Counted from the stretch's first letter, positions 10,224 through 20,219 are shown. The stretch: 64,000 nt of DNA from Desulfobacterales bacterium (GCA_040771865.1 JAXGZF010000004.1:124001-188000); one strand, 5' to 3'. Notes: a model not told the origin generated them from the letters alone. Made by a program: numbers and translations.

Positions 10224-10640
10224 TTGGGCACTAGGGAAGTGATTATCAAAAACTGTTTTCAATGTCCGTTTCTCCATGGGGGATATGAGCAAAACAAGGA
10301 TGCGTATTACTGCTATCTCGACACAAAGATCGATCTGACGGCATACCGTGAAAAAAGCGATGGTACGCACAAATACGGATTTCACGACAAATGTCCTCTT
10401 TTCGAGTTTGACGAGGTCGTCGTTAAACGAGTCCGGTTGCGGCTGCTCGGAACGGATGACGCCAAATGGGAAATAAAGGAAAACGTGAAATGCGTGGATT
10501 GCGGAAAGGTTTCCCGAGGATACCGGCTCGTCTATGCCAAAGGCTATGATCGGCTGCACCAGGACAACCCGGAATTCCGATGCGAAGAGTGCTCCATCGT
10601 AAAAAGCGAAGAGTTGAAAAAAAGAGGTCTGAGGATTTAA
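10224..10640 (+). CDS. Hypothetical Cys-rich protein (two putative Zn-binding modules)
   Basis: AGGAG RBS before a TTG start; CFQC...C...HDKCP, then CVDC...CEEC; followed directly by a terminator hairpin. Confidence 0.7.
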   Translation: MGTREVIIKNCFQCPFLHGGYEQNKDAYYCYLDTKIDLTAYREKSDGTHKYGFHDKCPLFEFDEVVVKRVRLRLLGTDDAKWEIKENVKCVDCGKVSRGYRLVYAKGYDRLHQDNPEFRCEECSIVKSEELKKRGLRI

Positions 10641-10679
10641 AACCTGAAAAGGCGGCATGAAGTGCCGCCTTTTCAGGTT
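10641..10679. terminator. Bidirectional rho-independent terminator
   Basis: 17-bp perfect inverted repeat AACCTGAAAAGGCGGCA/TGCCGCCTTTTCAGGTT between convergent genes. Confidence 0.8.
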
Positions 10680-10715
10680 GTGATGGAACTCTGTTTCTTC
10701 AGGCGTTTCAACCGA

Positions 10716-11165
10716 TCAGGTTATGTCGATGGATATCTGCTTGGGCTTCTTTTCTTCCGGTTTGGGAACTTCGATCTTCAACACGCCGTCCTTGAAACTG
10801 GCCTTGATGCTTTCAGGGCTGACTTCAGTCGGCATGGAAAAAGACCGCTGAAAGCTGCCGAAGCTTCTCTCCCTCCGGTAATAATTTTCTTCCTTGACCT
10901 CGCTGTCTTCCGAACGTTCCCCCTTGATCGTCAGAATATTGTCCTTGATCTCGATGGATATATCTTCTTTTTTGACTCCGGGGAGCTCGGCTGTGACCAC
11001 GATGGCGTTTTCCGTATCGCAGATATCGACCATCGGACGCCACGTTCCCAGGGAAAGATCATCTCCTTCGCTTCTTTTTCCCGGGAAAGCATCGCTAAAT
11101 AAACGGTTGATTCTGTCCTGCAGGTTCATAAGGCCTCCATAAGGTTCCCAGCGAATCAGCGACAT
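10716..11165 (-). CDS. Hsp20/alpha-crystallin small heat-shock protein
   Basis: AELPGVKKEDI, ERSFGSFQRSF and ASFKDGVLKIEVPK motifs; GGAGG RBS. Confidence 0.95.
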   Translation of the reverse strand: MSLIRWEPYGGLMNLQDRINRLFSDAFPGKRSEGDDLSLGTWRPMVDICDTENAIVVTAELPGVKKEDISIEIKDNILTIKGERSEDSEVKEENYYRRERSFGSFQRSFSMPTEVSPESIKASFKDGVLKIEVPKPEEKKPKQISIDIT

Positions 11166-11593
11166 AATTTCACCTCCCTTTTTTGTTTGATGGAATTGAA
11201 ATCAAATTTCGTATGATTCCGAACCATACATAACCAATCAATATCAAAGGACTATTTTGTTTTTTAAAAAATAATCACCATCCTGAAGCTGTCAAGAAGC
11301 ATCGCCCAGGAGCGTTTATAGAAATTCCGTCGCACAAAATCCGCGGTAAGAAGCCTGTCAAACGGCCTCAATAAGTTGCCATTGAAGCGGGATGGATTCC
11401 AGCGCTCAATGATCAGGATCGACATTTTTCCGGGAGAAAATCGATGAAGAGCATGGCCACACAACTCGCCCTTATGCTCAGAAAAGGCAAGCAGAAAACC
11501 AACATGCGACTGCTGTGAACGAGCTTCTGGACGCTACCAGCATTCGGACATTTCCGTAAGCAGGAACAATCAACCGGTCGCAAATTGGGGGCA

Positions 11594-11640
11594 AAATAGA
11601 AAAGGGGATTCGGCTTCATGCCGAATCCCCTTTTCTATTT
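11594..11640 (-). terminator. Terminator downstream of tRNA-Val
   Basis: 21-bp perfect inverted repeat with a 5-nt loop, immediately 3' of the tRNA CCA. Confidence 0.8.
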
Positions 11641-11641
11641 C

Positions 11642-11716
11642 TGGTAGGCACGATTGGATTTGAACCAACGACTTCTACCGTGTCAGGGTAGCGCTCTCCC
11701 CCTGAGCTACGTGCCT
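11642..11716 (-). tRNA. tRNA-Val(GAC)
   Basis: Reverse complement AGGCACGTAGCTCAGGGGGAGAGCGCTACCCTGACACGGTAGAAGTCGTTGGTTCAAATCCAATCGTGCCTACCA folds as a cloverleaf; anticodon GAC; encoded CCA. Confidence 0.97.
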
Positions 11717-11732
11717 GTAATTAACGAATCTA

Positions 11733-11761
11733 CAGGTAGCATTGATCGGAAAACCTGTCAA
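11733..11761 (-). promoter_or_regulatory. Putative sigma70 promoter of tRNA-Val
   Basis: TTGACA-17 bp-TACCTG with a TG extension on the minus strand. Confidence 0.45.
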
Positions 11762-11858
11762 GAAAAATGAACCCGCGAAATGACGGCTGACGGAAAGGCA
11801 TTGCATGTCGAGGCGTTTGCCGCGGCGCTTTCTTTCATATAATCCGTTCCGGGTTCAT

Positions 11859-12422
11859 TTAACGGTTTTCCGATGCCTGCTGGTATATTTTCAGGCCTCT
11901 GTAGCTGTAATGCACCCCGGAAGCCAGCGTAAACAATGCCGTTGTCCAGTACAGCGCGGGCAGGATCCGCTGAATAAAAATGCCGCCTTCCAACAGGACC
12001 AGCAGAACCGTCATGAGCTGAAGGAAGGTCGTGATCTTGCTGATCCCGCTGGGCCGAATCTCAAAGGGAACGGACTCGAAGGTGAACAGCAGGAGTCCCA
12101 GAATGATCAGAATGTCCCGGCTGATCACCACGACCGGCAGCCAGACCGGCAGCATTTCCAGCATGCCAAGACAGACAAAGGAGCTCATCAGAAGGAGTTT
12201 ATCCGCGATGGGGTCCAGGTAGGAGCCCAGGATGGTGCGCTGATCGAGCAGTCTTGCCAGCAGGCCGTCCAGGGCGTCGCTGACGGCGGCTAGAACAAAT
12301 ATCAGCAGGCTCAACCCCTTTTGATGCTCGAGCATGAATATCACGAAAAGCGGCGTCAGAAATATCCGAAACAGAGTCAGCGCATTGGGAAGATTCAGTT
12401 TTAAATTGGCCACACAGGTCAC
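11859..12422 (-). CDS. CDP-alcohol phosphatidyltransferase (PgsA-like)
   Basis: PNALTLFR and DALDGLLAR...GSYLDPIADK signature. Confidence 0.9.
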   Translation of the reverse strand: MTCVANLKLNLPNALTLFRIFLTPLFVIFMLEHQKGLSLLIFVLAAVSDALDGLLARLLDQRTILGSYLDPIADKLLLMSSFVCLGMLEMLPVWLPVVVISRDILIILGLLLFTFESVPFEIRPSGISKITTFLQLMTVLLVLLEGGIFIQRILPALYWTTALFTLASGVHYSYRGLKIYQQASENR

Positions 12423-12426
12423 CCGA

Positions 12427-13659
12427 TCATGGAGAATTCGTCTGCTGGATTGGGGCAGCTGACACCAACTGGATTTTGAGCATGTCCGGCCCTGTCGCGT
12501 CGATTTTCAGACCGAAGTCGTCAAACGGATTTAAAAGCAGGGCATTGGCCAGCGACTGCGGTTCTTCGGCGAATTCCACAATCAGATGCGCCGAACCGAC
12601 CCGCATTTCCCGAATTTGAATATTGCCAATGCCTGCAACCCGGCCAAGGGCCTGCCTGAATTTGACAAACCGGGACATGAAGGAATCTCCTTCAACCAGG
12701 AGCTCAATGAATTTGGGTTGTTCCTCGGCACGACGCCACGCCGCTGTCAGTTGCCCTTCGAGATCTTTTCCGAGAAGAGCGGCGGCGGCGTTGAGGGCAC
12801 GGCTGATGCCGGCGGATTCCTCCTTGTCTGCAACCATCTGATTTTGTACGCTATTGCCGATGGATTTCCCGGTATCGACTCGAAAGGCTTGAACCTGGAA
12901 CTCTGCCTTGTAGGTCTGAATGGATTCGCCCAGGGTGTTCGGCGTTATGGACACGGTTGCATTTCCGATGATCACGATGTCGGCTTTTAAATCCCGGCCT
13001 GCGGCCACGGCGTCATTTGAAGAGATGGATGGGCCGGATGCGGAATTTTGCTGTATCATGTAAACGGCAAGTTCCTGAAAAGGCACCGTCGCGAAGGCGG
13101 CTTTTTCCATCTGATCTCTCAGGGCCTTCTCGGCGTCGGTCAATTGAAATTCACCCTCTGCCTGCCATCCGTATCGGGCTACAGGGTCCTGAAGACCGTT
13201 CCGGGATATGAAAAAAGCAAGGCGCGGCAATTCGGTTTGGGCCGGCCGGACACCTGCGGTCGAAACATCGGCGTTCAACCTGTCGGCATCGATTGTGGCC
13301 TGGACCATCACCCGGTAGGTATTTTCCTCTGAATATTCCGCCAGCACCTTGTATTGCCGAACATAGATTTCGAGTCGAGGAAATATGGTTTCATTAAGGG
13401 TTTGAAAGTTTTTGACCCTGTTTTCAAGGGGCATCAGTTCTGAAAGCGCCATGATGACGGCTGTGTTTAATGCGTTAGAGATGGCCTGCGTTCTGGCGGC
13501 AGACACGTCCTTTCCAGAAACCTGAGCCGAGCCGATTGCGTCAAGATTCAGAGGAGCTGCCTGAACATCCATCGGAACAAAGGATGCCAGCAGAATCATC
13601 AGCAACACGAGCGCCCGTTTCGGAAAGCGGGACGACGGTAAAACGGCCGGTGAAATCAT
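12427..13659 (-). CDS. Exported hypothetical protein (possible FlgT N-terminal-like domain)
   Basis: Signal peptide; GSAQV...AARTQAISNAL...YKVL...YRVMVQATID pattern. Start moved to the ATG after a GGAGG RBS. Confidence 0.55.
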   Translation of the reverse strand: MISPAVLPSSRFPKRALVLLMILLASFVPMDVQAAPLNLDAIGSAQVSGKDVSAARTQAISNALNTAVIMALSELMPLENRVKNFQTLNETIFPRLEIYVRQYKVLAEYSEENTYRVMVQATIDADRLNADVSTAGVRPAQTELPRLAFFISRNGLQDPVARYGWQAEGEFQLTDAEKALRDQMEKAAFATVPFQELAVYMIQQNSASGPSISSNDAVAAGRDLKADIVIIGNATVSITPNTLGESIQTYKAEFQVQAFRVDTGKSIGNSVQNQMVADKEESAGISRALNAAAALLGKDLEGQLTAAWRRAEEQPKFIELLVEGDSFMSRFVKFRQALGRVAGIGNIQIREMRVGSAHLIVEFAEEPQSLANALLLNPFDDFGLKIDATGPDMLKIQLVSAAPIQQTNSP

Positions 13660-13791
13660 CTTTTCCTCCGCAGTCCATTCGAGGATGGACATTTCAACAT
13701 GAATGACCGCCGAATACACGGGGTTTGAATTCTGGACCGGAACAGGGCTCAAGGAGCCTGCCGAAAAAGCCCGTGAAACAGTTGGTCTCGG

Positions 13792-14772
13792 CTATTCCTT
13801 GCGGGCCAGAGCGTAATCGGCAATTTCCATCAACAGCTGCCGGGTATCCGACGGCTCAAAGACGGACAGGAACGATTTCGCGTTTTGAACGTGCCGGTTC
13901 GCTAGTTCTTTTGTATAGCTTATCCCTTTGTATTTGTGAAGGAAATCTTTGAATGATTCAAAGTCGTTATCGCTGATCGAATCGGCTTGAAGGATCCGTT
14001 CCATCTCCTCCCGGTCCGGGGCGTCGGCCTGTTTCAGGGCGAAAATGACCGGCAGCGTCAGTTTTCCCTCCCGAAGATCCGCGCCGATATTTTTGCCAAG
14101 ATTTTTGGCGTCTGCAACATAATCCAGAAGGTCGTCGGCCATCTGAAAAGCGATGCCGATGCTCAGTCCGTAATCGGCAAGCGCTTTGCACCGGTGTGCC
14201 GGCGCTTTTGCGATCAAGGCCCCTATTCGACAGGCGCCCTGAATCAGAACAGCGGTCTTTCTCCGGATTACTTCGAGGTATTCGGATTCGGACAGGTTCA
14301 GGTCCCGCTTTTTCACCAGCTGGTGGATTTCTCCCTGGCTCATGTTTTCCGTGATTTCCGCGATCACCCGGACCACATCCGGGTTTTTCGTTTCAGCGGC
14401 GATGGTCAGACAGCGGGCCAGCAGAAAGTCGCCGACCAGCACGGCCGCCGCACTTCCCCAGATCGCATGCGCAACCGGCTTTCCCCGGCGAAGGTCGGCC
14501 CCGTCGACAATGTCGTCATGCAGCAGGGTCGCGGCATGCAGATATTCAAATACCGTGGAAAGGGTTTTGTCGTACCTGCCGGAATATCCGCAGAGCCTTG
14601 CGCACAGAATCATCAGCAGGGGTCGAAGCCGCTTGCCTCCGCTGAAAAGGATGTGTTCGGCCACCTCGGAAACAATATCCAGAAAGGGATTCAGGTTTTC
14701 GTGAAGGGCGGATTCGACGGCCTGAAGATCGTGTGAAACCGATGCAAAAAGCCGGTATTTGAGGTCGTTCAT
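13792..14772 (-). CDS. ispB: Polyprenyl (octaprenyl) diphosphate synthase
   Basis: GGKRLRP, LLHDDIVD..LRRG and FQMADDLLD motifs; ATGA overlap with the rimO stop. Confidence 0.9.
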   Translation of the reverse strand: MNDLKYRLFASVSHDLQAVESALHENLNPFLDIVSEVAEHILFSGGKRLRPLLMILCARLCGYSGRYDKTLSTVFEYLHAATLLHDDIVDGADLRRGKPVAHAIWGSAAAVLVGDFLLARCLTIAAETKNPDVVRVIAEITENMSQGEIHQLVKKRDLNLSESEYLEVIRRKTAVLIQGACRIGALIAKAPAHRCKALADYGLSIGIAFQMADDLLDYVADAKNLGKNIGADLREGKLTLPVIFALKQADAPDREEMERILQADSISDNDFESFKDFLHKYKGISYTKELANRHVQNAKSFLSVFEPSDTRQLLMEIADYALARKE

Positions 14773-16082
14773 ATACATTCTCCTATCAGGTCGTATTCCA
14801 AGGCATCGATAATCCGGACCGCCGCAAATTCGCCGACGGCCAGGTTGTTTGCACGGACATAGGTGATTCCATCCACCTCGGGCGCCTGAAAAACCGTCCG
14901 GCCGGCATAGAGTCCCGGTTCGGGCATCTCCTCCACGAGCACTGTCAGGGTTTTTCCGATATGAGCGGCGTTGATTTCCGAAGCGATTTGCATCTGCAGG
15001 TTCATCAGCGCTCTGTAGCGTTTTTTTGCCGTCTGTCTGGAGACCGGTTGAGAAAGCCGGTGGGCGGGCAGATCTTCGGAATCCGAATAGACAAAAGCGC
15101 CCAGGTGATCGAAGCGAATTTCCGAGATAAAATTCAGAAGGGTTTGAAAATCTTCCTCGGTTTCACCCGGAAACCCGGTCATCACCGTGGTTCGAAGCGA
15201 TGCATCTGGAACGGTTGAACGGATCATGTCAAAAAGCCGGCGAAGGTCCTGCCGTGAACCGGGCCGTCCCATGCGTTTGAGCACCGAATCGGAGGCGTGT
15301 TGAATCGGAAGGTCGAAATAGGAGCAGATATTGGAATGACGGGCGATGGCGCCCACAGCGGCCGCATCCAGACTTTCCGGATGCCCGTACAGAACGCGGA
15401 TCCAGATATCGTCCGAAAGTGCTGAAAGTGCATCGATCAGCCCTGCCAGGGAAACATCGGCGGACAGGTCCCTGCCGTAGCTGGTGGCGTCCTGGGCCAC
15501 CAGCACAAGCTCCTTTGCGCCGGATTCGATTAAAAAGCGAGCCTCCGCCATAATGTCCGGCAAAGGCCGGCTTCGAAGATCGCCCCGGAGTTTCGGAATA
15601 ATGCAGTAGGTACAGCGGCGGTTGCAGCCCTCGGCGATTTTCAGATACGCCAGATGCGGAACGGTGGGCAAGCGAAAGGGCATGGATCGCCAAAGCGGAT
15701 TCCAGCCCGCCGGGGGAAGCCGACATGTGCCGGGCTGCAGGGTCCAGACGGCTTCGAGGATCTGATCGTAGGCGCCGGTTCCCAGAAACACATCCACTTC
15801 CGGCAGGGCGCCGACAATATCTTCCCGGTAACGCTCCGGAAGACATCCGGCGACGACCAGTCGTTTGCAGTCGCCTTCGGCCTTGTAGCGGGCCATTTCC
15901 AGGATGGCGTCGATGGACTCGTCGGCCGCCGATTGGATGAAGCTGCAGGTGTTCACCACGATGGCGTCGGCCTGGAAGGGTGAATCGACCATGGTGCATC
16001 CGTTCTGCCTGAGAATGCCGGACATCATCTCACCGTCGACCAGATTTCTGGCGCATCCCAGGTTGATTATATGAACACGCAT
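14769..16082 (-). CDS. rimO: Ribosomal protein S12 methylthiotransferase
   Basis: LGCARNLVD, NTCSFI, radical SAM CNRRCTYC, APEVDG and a TRAM domain. Start moved to MRVHII. Confidence 0.93.
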   Translation of the reverse strand: MRVHIINLGCARNLVDGEMMSGILRQNGCTMVDSPFQADAIVVNTCSFIQSAADESIDAILEMARYKAEGDCKRLVVAGCLPERYREDIVGALPEVDVFLGTGAYDQILEAVWTLQPGTCRLPPAGWNPLWRSMPFRLPTVPHLAYLKIAEGCNRRCTYCIIPKLRGDLRSRPLPDIMAEARFLIESGAKELVLVAQDATSYGRDLSADVSLAGLIDALSALSDDIWIRVLYGHPESLDAAAVGAIARHSNICSYFDLPIQHASDSVLKRMGRPGSRQDLRRLFDMIRSTVPDASLRTTVMTGFPGETEEDFQTLLNFISEIRFDHLGAFVYSDSEDLPAHRLSQPVSRQTAKKRYRALMNLQMQIASEINAAHIGKTLTVLVEEMPEPGLYAGRTVFQAPEVDGITYVRANNLAVGEFAAVRIIDALEYDLIGECI

Positions 16083-16228
16083 TTCAAGTCCTTTTTGCCG
16101 GGTTGTCGGCCCTGATCCATGATTTGAAATACAGAATTCCCTATCAGCAACCTGTCGAAAAGTCAAAACCCGGACCTTTGCGACAGTGATCTAAAATCAA
16201 AGACAAAGAGCGCTGCAAGGCCATGAAA

Positions 16229-16264
16229 TTCAAGGGCCGCCCGATTTCTCAGGCGACCCTTGAA
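16229..16264 (-). terminator. Putative terminator after etfA
   Basis: Imperfect inverted repeat TTCAAGGGCCGCC/GGCGACCCTTGAA. Confidence 0.55.
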
Positions 16265-16288
16265 AAGCTGTCTAGTCTGTTTTGCGGT

Positions 16289-17254
16289 CTATTCTTTGAG
16301 GCGTTTAATTTCTTCGGTGATCAGGGGCACCAGCTCAAACAGATCGCCGACAATTCCGTAATCGGCCTTGGAAAAAATCGCAGCTTCCGGATCCTTGTTG
16401 ATGGCCGCAATGACCTTGGATGAAGACATTCCGGCCAGATGCTGAACCGCGCCGGAGATGCCGCATGCGACATAAAGATTCGGGGAAACGGTCTTCCCGG
16501 TCTGGCCCACCTGGTCCGCGTGAGGCCGCCAGCCCTCATCCACGGCCGACCGGGAAGCGCCGACCGCCCCGCCGAGAACCGAGGCCAGTTCTTCGAGAAT
16601 GGAAAAATCCGATCCGTTCATCCCCCGTCCGCCGGAAACGATTGCATCGGCCTCGGTCAGATCGATTTTTCCGGATGCCAGCTTCTTTTCAATGATCTTG
16701 AAAGCGGATGTCCCGATTTCCGGCTGAAATTTTTCAATAATTCCGGTACCTTTTGCGGCAACCGCCGCCATGGCGTTGGGACGGATCACGGCAATTTTCG
16801 GGCGACCCTTCAACGCGACATCGGCCAGAATTTTTCCGCCGTAAACGGGACGGGTGGCCAGAAGCGTTTGCCCTTCAAGGCGGATACGGACGCAATCCAT
16901 GGCCAGGGGGGCATTGAGCCGTGCCGAAAGTCGGGCCGCCAGATCTTTTCCCTGAGTGGTGGCGCCCAGAATGATGATTTCCGGATCCATGGATTTTGCG
17001 ATTTGATTGATGACATTGACGTAAACATCGGTCAGAAATTCCTGAAGATTCGAATGGTCGGCGACCAGTATTCTGTCCGCGCCGTATTCGGCCAACCGCC
17101 CTGCGAGGTTTTCGTTATCCGTGCCGAGGGTCAGCGCCGTCAGCTCTCCCTTGATCTGATCGGCGATGCGGCGGCCTTCGCTCAGGGCTTCAAAACTAAC
17201 CTTTCGAAATCCGCCATTCGTTTGCTCCGCAATTACCAGTACAACCTGTGCCAT
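16289..17254 (-). CDS. etfA: Electron transfer flavoprotein subunit alpha
   Basis: VSGGRG, QVGQTGKTVSPNLYVACGISGAVQHLAGM and AINKDPEA motifs. Confidence 0.96.
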   Translation of the reverse strand: MAQVVLVIAEQTNGGFRKVSFEALSEGRRIADQIKGELTALTLGTDNENLAGRLAEYGADRILVADHSNLQEFLTDVYVNVINQIAKSMDPEIIILGATTQGKDLAARLSARLNAPLAMDCVRIRLEGQTLLATRPVYGGKILADVALKGRPKIAVIRPNAMAAVAAKGTGIIEKFQPEIGTSAFKIIEKKLASGKIDLTEADAIVSGGRGMNGSDFSILEELASVLGGAVGASRSAVDEGWRPHADQVGQTGKTVSPNLYVACGISGAVQHLAGMSSSKVIAAINKDPEAAIFSKADYGIVGDLFELVPLITEEIKRLKE

Positions 17255-17323
17255 GCCTGCTGCTCCTTGATATTGAATGCGACTGCCCGCGCTGTTTGCA
17301 AAGGGCGCTCGCCGGTATAAAGT

Positions 17324-18103
17324 TTAGATGACGCCTGCTTCTTCCCGAAGCGCCCTGACCAGTTCGGCGGCCTTTTGCCTTGCGGTATCGCCCTGAATAA
17401 TCCGGCCGGCTTTTCGTACCGGAGGAAGATTCATGGCAACGACGCGGGCCGTAGCATCCTGCGAGGGCGGATCGATTTTGAAATCGGCCAGAGTTTTCAC
17501 TTCCAGGGGTTTTTTCTTGGCCTTCATGATGCCGGGAAGGGAAGCGTACCGGGGTTCGTTGAGACCTCGCTGCGTGGTGAACAGCAGGGGCAGACGGGCT
17601 TCCAGTTCCATGGTGCCGCCGTCGACGGTCTTGACGCATCGAATCGCGCCGTCTGCCACCTCGGCCCGAATGACCATCGAAATGCTGGGAATATTCAAAA
17701 ATTCGGCCGCGGCCGGACCGACGAGAAAGTTTTCATCGTCCACGGCTCTTTGTCCGGCGATGATCAGATCAAAGGGAATGGTTTTCAGAACGCCGGCCAG
17801 AATTTTCGCGATGCCAAGGCCGTCGCAGGATTTCAGCTCCGGATCATTGATCAGAATTCCCCTGTCCGCCCCCATGGCCAGAGCGGTGCGAACGGCTTCA
17901 ATGGCTTTTTCGTTTCCGGCTGAGACGATGGTTACGGTTCCCCCCTGTTTTTCCCGGATTCGCAATGCTTCTTCCACGGCGAGTTCATCGTAGGGATTGA
18001 TCACCCACTTGATGCCGTCGGCGCGTATGGATACGCCGTCTCCGGCGATTTCAACAAAAGTTTCCGTTGCCGGAACCTGTTTCAACAAAACAACGATTTC
18101 CAA
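17324..18103 (-). CDS. etfB: Electron transfer flavoprotein subunit beta
   Basis: KQVP, INPYDELAVEEAL, ALAMGAD and NEPRYASLPGIMKAKKK motifs. Confidence 0.96.
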   Translation of the reverse strand: MEIVVLLKQVPATETFVEIAGDGVSIRADGIKWVINPYDELAVEEALRIREKQGGTVTIVSAGNEKAIEAVRTALAMGADRGILINDPELKSCDGLGIAKILAGVLKTIPFDLIIAGQRAVDDENFLVGPAAAEFLNIPSISMVIRAEVADGAIRCVKTVDGGTMELEARLPLLFTTQRGLNEPRYASLPGIMKAKKKPLEVKTLADFKIDPPSQDATARVVAMNLPPVRKAGRIIQGDTARQKAAELVRALREEAGVI

Positions 18104-18229
18104 ATCAAACTCCCTTCTTTCCGTCGGTTGCGGTCGTTACGCTTTCTTTTCACTAGCAAGAACGACTCGGTCTCATTATGAAAACAATTAACAATTTGGA
18201 ATAATTGAATTAATAATTCCTTGCAAGTA

Positions 18230-18258
18230 AAAATACAAAACCAGGACAAAGATGTCAA
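18230..18258 (-). promoter_or_regulatory. Putative sigma70 promoter of etfBA
   Basis: TTGACA-17 bp-TATTTT on the minus strand, in an AT-rich gap. Confidence 0.5.
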
Positions 18259-18312
18259 CCCATTTGTCGCGTCATGAAATGGTTTTGAATGCGAACGAAA
18301 GGGACCGACTGG

Positions 18313-19356
18313 TCAGGGGGAGCCTGTCTGGCACATGCGGTCAAAACCCGATGAACTGAAATCGGTCTTTGTGCCGTCTCGATTCTGAACGATCATGAGG
18401 CATTCGACATTCTCAAGGGCGTTGACCAGTTCAATGCCTTTATCGGGCCCCATGACCATGAGGCCGGTGGCCAGAGCGTCGGCAAAAGCGCAGACGGGGG
18501 CTGTAACGGACACGCTTACCACGGAGTTGTCAACCGGAAATCCGGTTCGGGGATCCACCACATGGGAGTATCGTTTTCCGTTCATTTCGAAAAAATTTCT
18601 GTAGTCGCCGCTGGTGGCCATGGCCTGATTATTCAAGGCGACAATCCGATATACGTCATCCACGGCGGCTTCGGATTTCGGCGTGTTGATTCCGACCTTC
18701 CATGGCCGGCCCTGGACGTTGCGTCCGAAGGCCCTGACTTCCCCGCCGATTTCCACCAGGTAGTTTTGAAAACCGTTTTCCGCAATCAGCTCGCAGAGGG
18801 CGTCGACGCCGTATCCTTTGGCGATGGACGCCAGATCCACTGTCACGAAGGCCTTTTTTTTGACCAGATAGCCTTCAGGAAAGCAGGCGATGTGCTGAAA
18901 TCCGATTGTTTCAATGCATTGCGCAATGGCGGAAGGATCGGGAACCTGGCGGCTGGTTTGTTTGCTGCCGAACCCCCAGAGGTCGATCAGGGGTTTAACC
19001 GTCCCATCCCATGCGCCTTCGGTGATTCGATGAATTTCGCAGGCCAGCGTCATGACCTTCATAAAATCCGAGGAAGCATGAAACGGTTCGCCGGTCTTCT
19101 GATAATTGTTAAACCGGTTGAGCTCGCTTTCGGGAATAAATGCGGACATGCTCTGGTTGACTTCCAGAAGGCGGCGTTCAATTTGATCTTTCAGATGTCC
19201 GGTGTTTTGAAAAAGACCGGAAACAACCTTGATATGATAGGTCGTTCCCATGGTTTTTCCCGAAAACTCCGCAGTTAGATTCTGACTGCATCCGAATGCG
19301 CAGGCGGATGCAGTCAGCAGAACGGCGATTCTTATGCAAAGGGGAAATGACCGCAT
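18313..19356 (-). CDS. apbE: FAD:protein FMN transferase (ApbE lipoprotein)
   Basis: Lipoprotein-like N-terminus; TMGT, DLASIAKGY, ATSGDYRNFF, HVVDPRTG and ADALAT motifs. Confidence 0.93.
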   Translation of the reverse strand: MRSFPLCIRIAVLLTASACAFGCSQNLTAEFSGKTMGTTYHIKVVSGLFQNTGHLKDQIERRLLEVNQSMSAFIPESELNRFNNYQKTGEPFHASSDFMKVMTLACEIHRITEGAWDGTVKPLIDLWGFGSKQTSRQVPDPSAIAQCIETIGFQHIACFPEGYLVKKKAFVTVDLASIAKGYGVDALCELIAENGFQNYLVEIGGEVRAFGRNVQGRPWKVGINTPKSEAAVDDVYRIVALNNQAMATSGDYRNFFEMNGKRYSHVVDPRTGFPVDNSVVSVSVTAPVCAFADALATGLMVMGPDKGIELVNALENVECLMIVQNRDGTKTDFSSSGFDRMCQTGSP

Positions 19357-19364
19357 CGTCCGCC

Positions 19365-19826
19365 TCAGGTCTCGTCATCTACGTCCAGGGTTTCGTCGTC
19401 CGCCACCTTGAGCGAGGAGTTGATGTGGACGATTTTGTCCTCATCATCCAGATCGTCCTCTAAAAGCGAATCGATATCATCCGCATCATCTTCCAGTTCT
19501 TCGACCTCGATATCAGGCGGATTCTCCTGACACAAAAATTCGGCATCGTCAAAGGTAAGCTCAATGGTGTCGCCGTTCTCCGGGCCGTACAGGGTTCTGA
19601 CCGATTCGGCGATTTTCTGCGCGTACAGATTCGGCGGATACATGTTGACGGTTCTCAACGCCAGCGACAGAGCCGAATTTCCTTTTGAAATGGCGGCTTC
19701 AATGGCCTGATTGTCATATACTTCTTCGCAGAGAAGCGACATGGATTCCTTGTCAAGCTCTGCAAATTCCTGAATGATCAGTTGATTTTTATCCCTGTCC
19801 TTGAGCAGCAGATATTTTTGCTTCAT
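19365..19826 (-). CDS. Hypothetical protein with a highly acidic C-terminal tail
   Basis: Start moved to MKQKYL after an AGGGGAG RBS; tail EELEDDADDIDSLLEDDLDDED; 8 bp upstream of apbE. Confidence 0.75.
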   Translation of the reverse strand: MKQKYLLLKDRDKNQLIIQEFAELDKESMSLLCEEVYDNQAIEAAISKGNSALSLALRTVNMYPPNLYAQKIAESVRTLYGPENGDTIELTFDDAEFLCQENPPDIEVEELEDDADDIDSLLEDDLDDEDKIVHINSSLKVADDETLDVDDET

Positions 19827-20025
19827 GATGGTTCTCCCCTTAAAGGTAAAATGGCAGCAGGCGGCGCTGTGTTTTTGCTGGAAACCATAAAAAAATCCTC
19901 CTGTCAACAAACAATCCTGCGGCCGGCCGCGAATGACGGAAGGAGCCAGCCGCTTCAAGGCCCGCGCCGGAGCAATAAAAATATTGACCTGCTGGATCTT
20001 TGATGGTAACAACTTCAAATCTTTG

Positions 20026-20113
20026 GGAGGGATGGCCGAGTGGTTTAAGGCGGCGGTCTTGAAAACCGTTGAGCGTCAAAGCTCCGTGGGTTCGAATCCT
20101 ACTCCCTCCGCCA
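20026..20113 (+). tRNA. tRNA-Ser(TGA)
   Basis: GGAGGGA/TCCCTCC acceptor stem, anticodon loop CTTGAAA, long variable arm, TTCGAAT, GCCA end. Confidence 0.97.
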
Positions 20114-20126
20114 GGAACAAGGTTCA

Positions 20127-20219
20127 GGAGAGATGGCCGAGTCGGCTGAAGGCGCTCGCCTGCTAAGCGAGTGTGGGGGGAAACCTCCACCGAGGGTTCG
20201 AATCCCTCTCTCTCCGCCA
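20127..20219 (+). tRNA. tRNA-Ser(GCT)
   Basis: GGAGAGA/TCTCTCC acceptor stem, anticodon loop CTGCTAA, long variable arm, GCCA end. Confidence 0.97.

Noticed and set aside
10197..10658. 153-aa minus-strand ORF opposite the Cys-rich gene
   Set aside because: The plus-strand ORF has the RBS, promoter, terminator and patterned cysteines; this one starts inside the terminator hairpin.
16152..16187. Short inverted repeat CTGTCGAAAAGTC...GACCTTTGCGACAG upstream of rimO, resembling IS/MITE ends
   Set aside because: Too short and single-copy in this window to tell apart from an ordinary hairpin.
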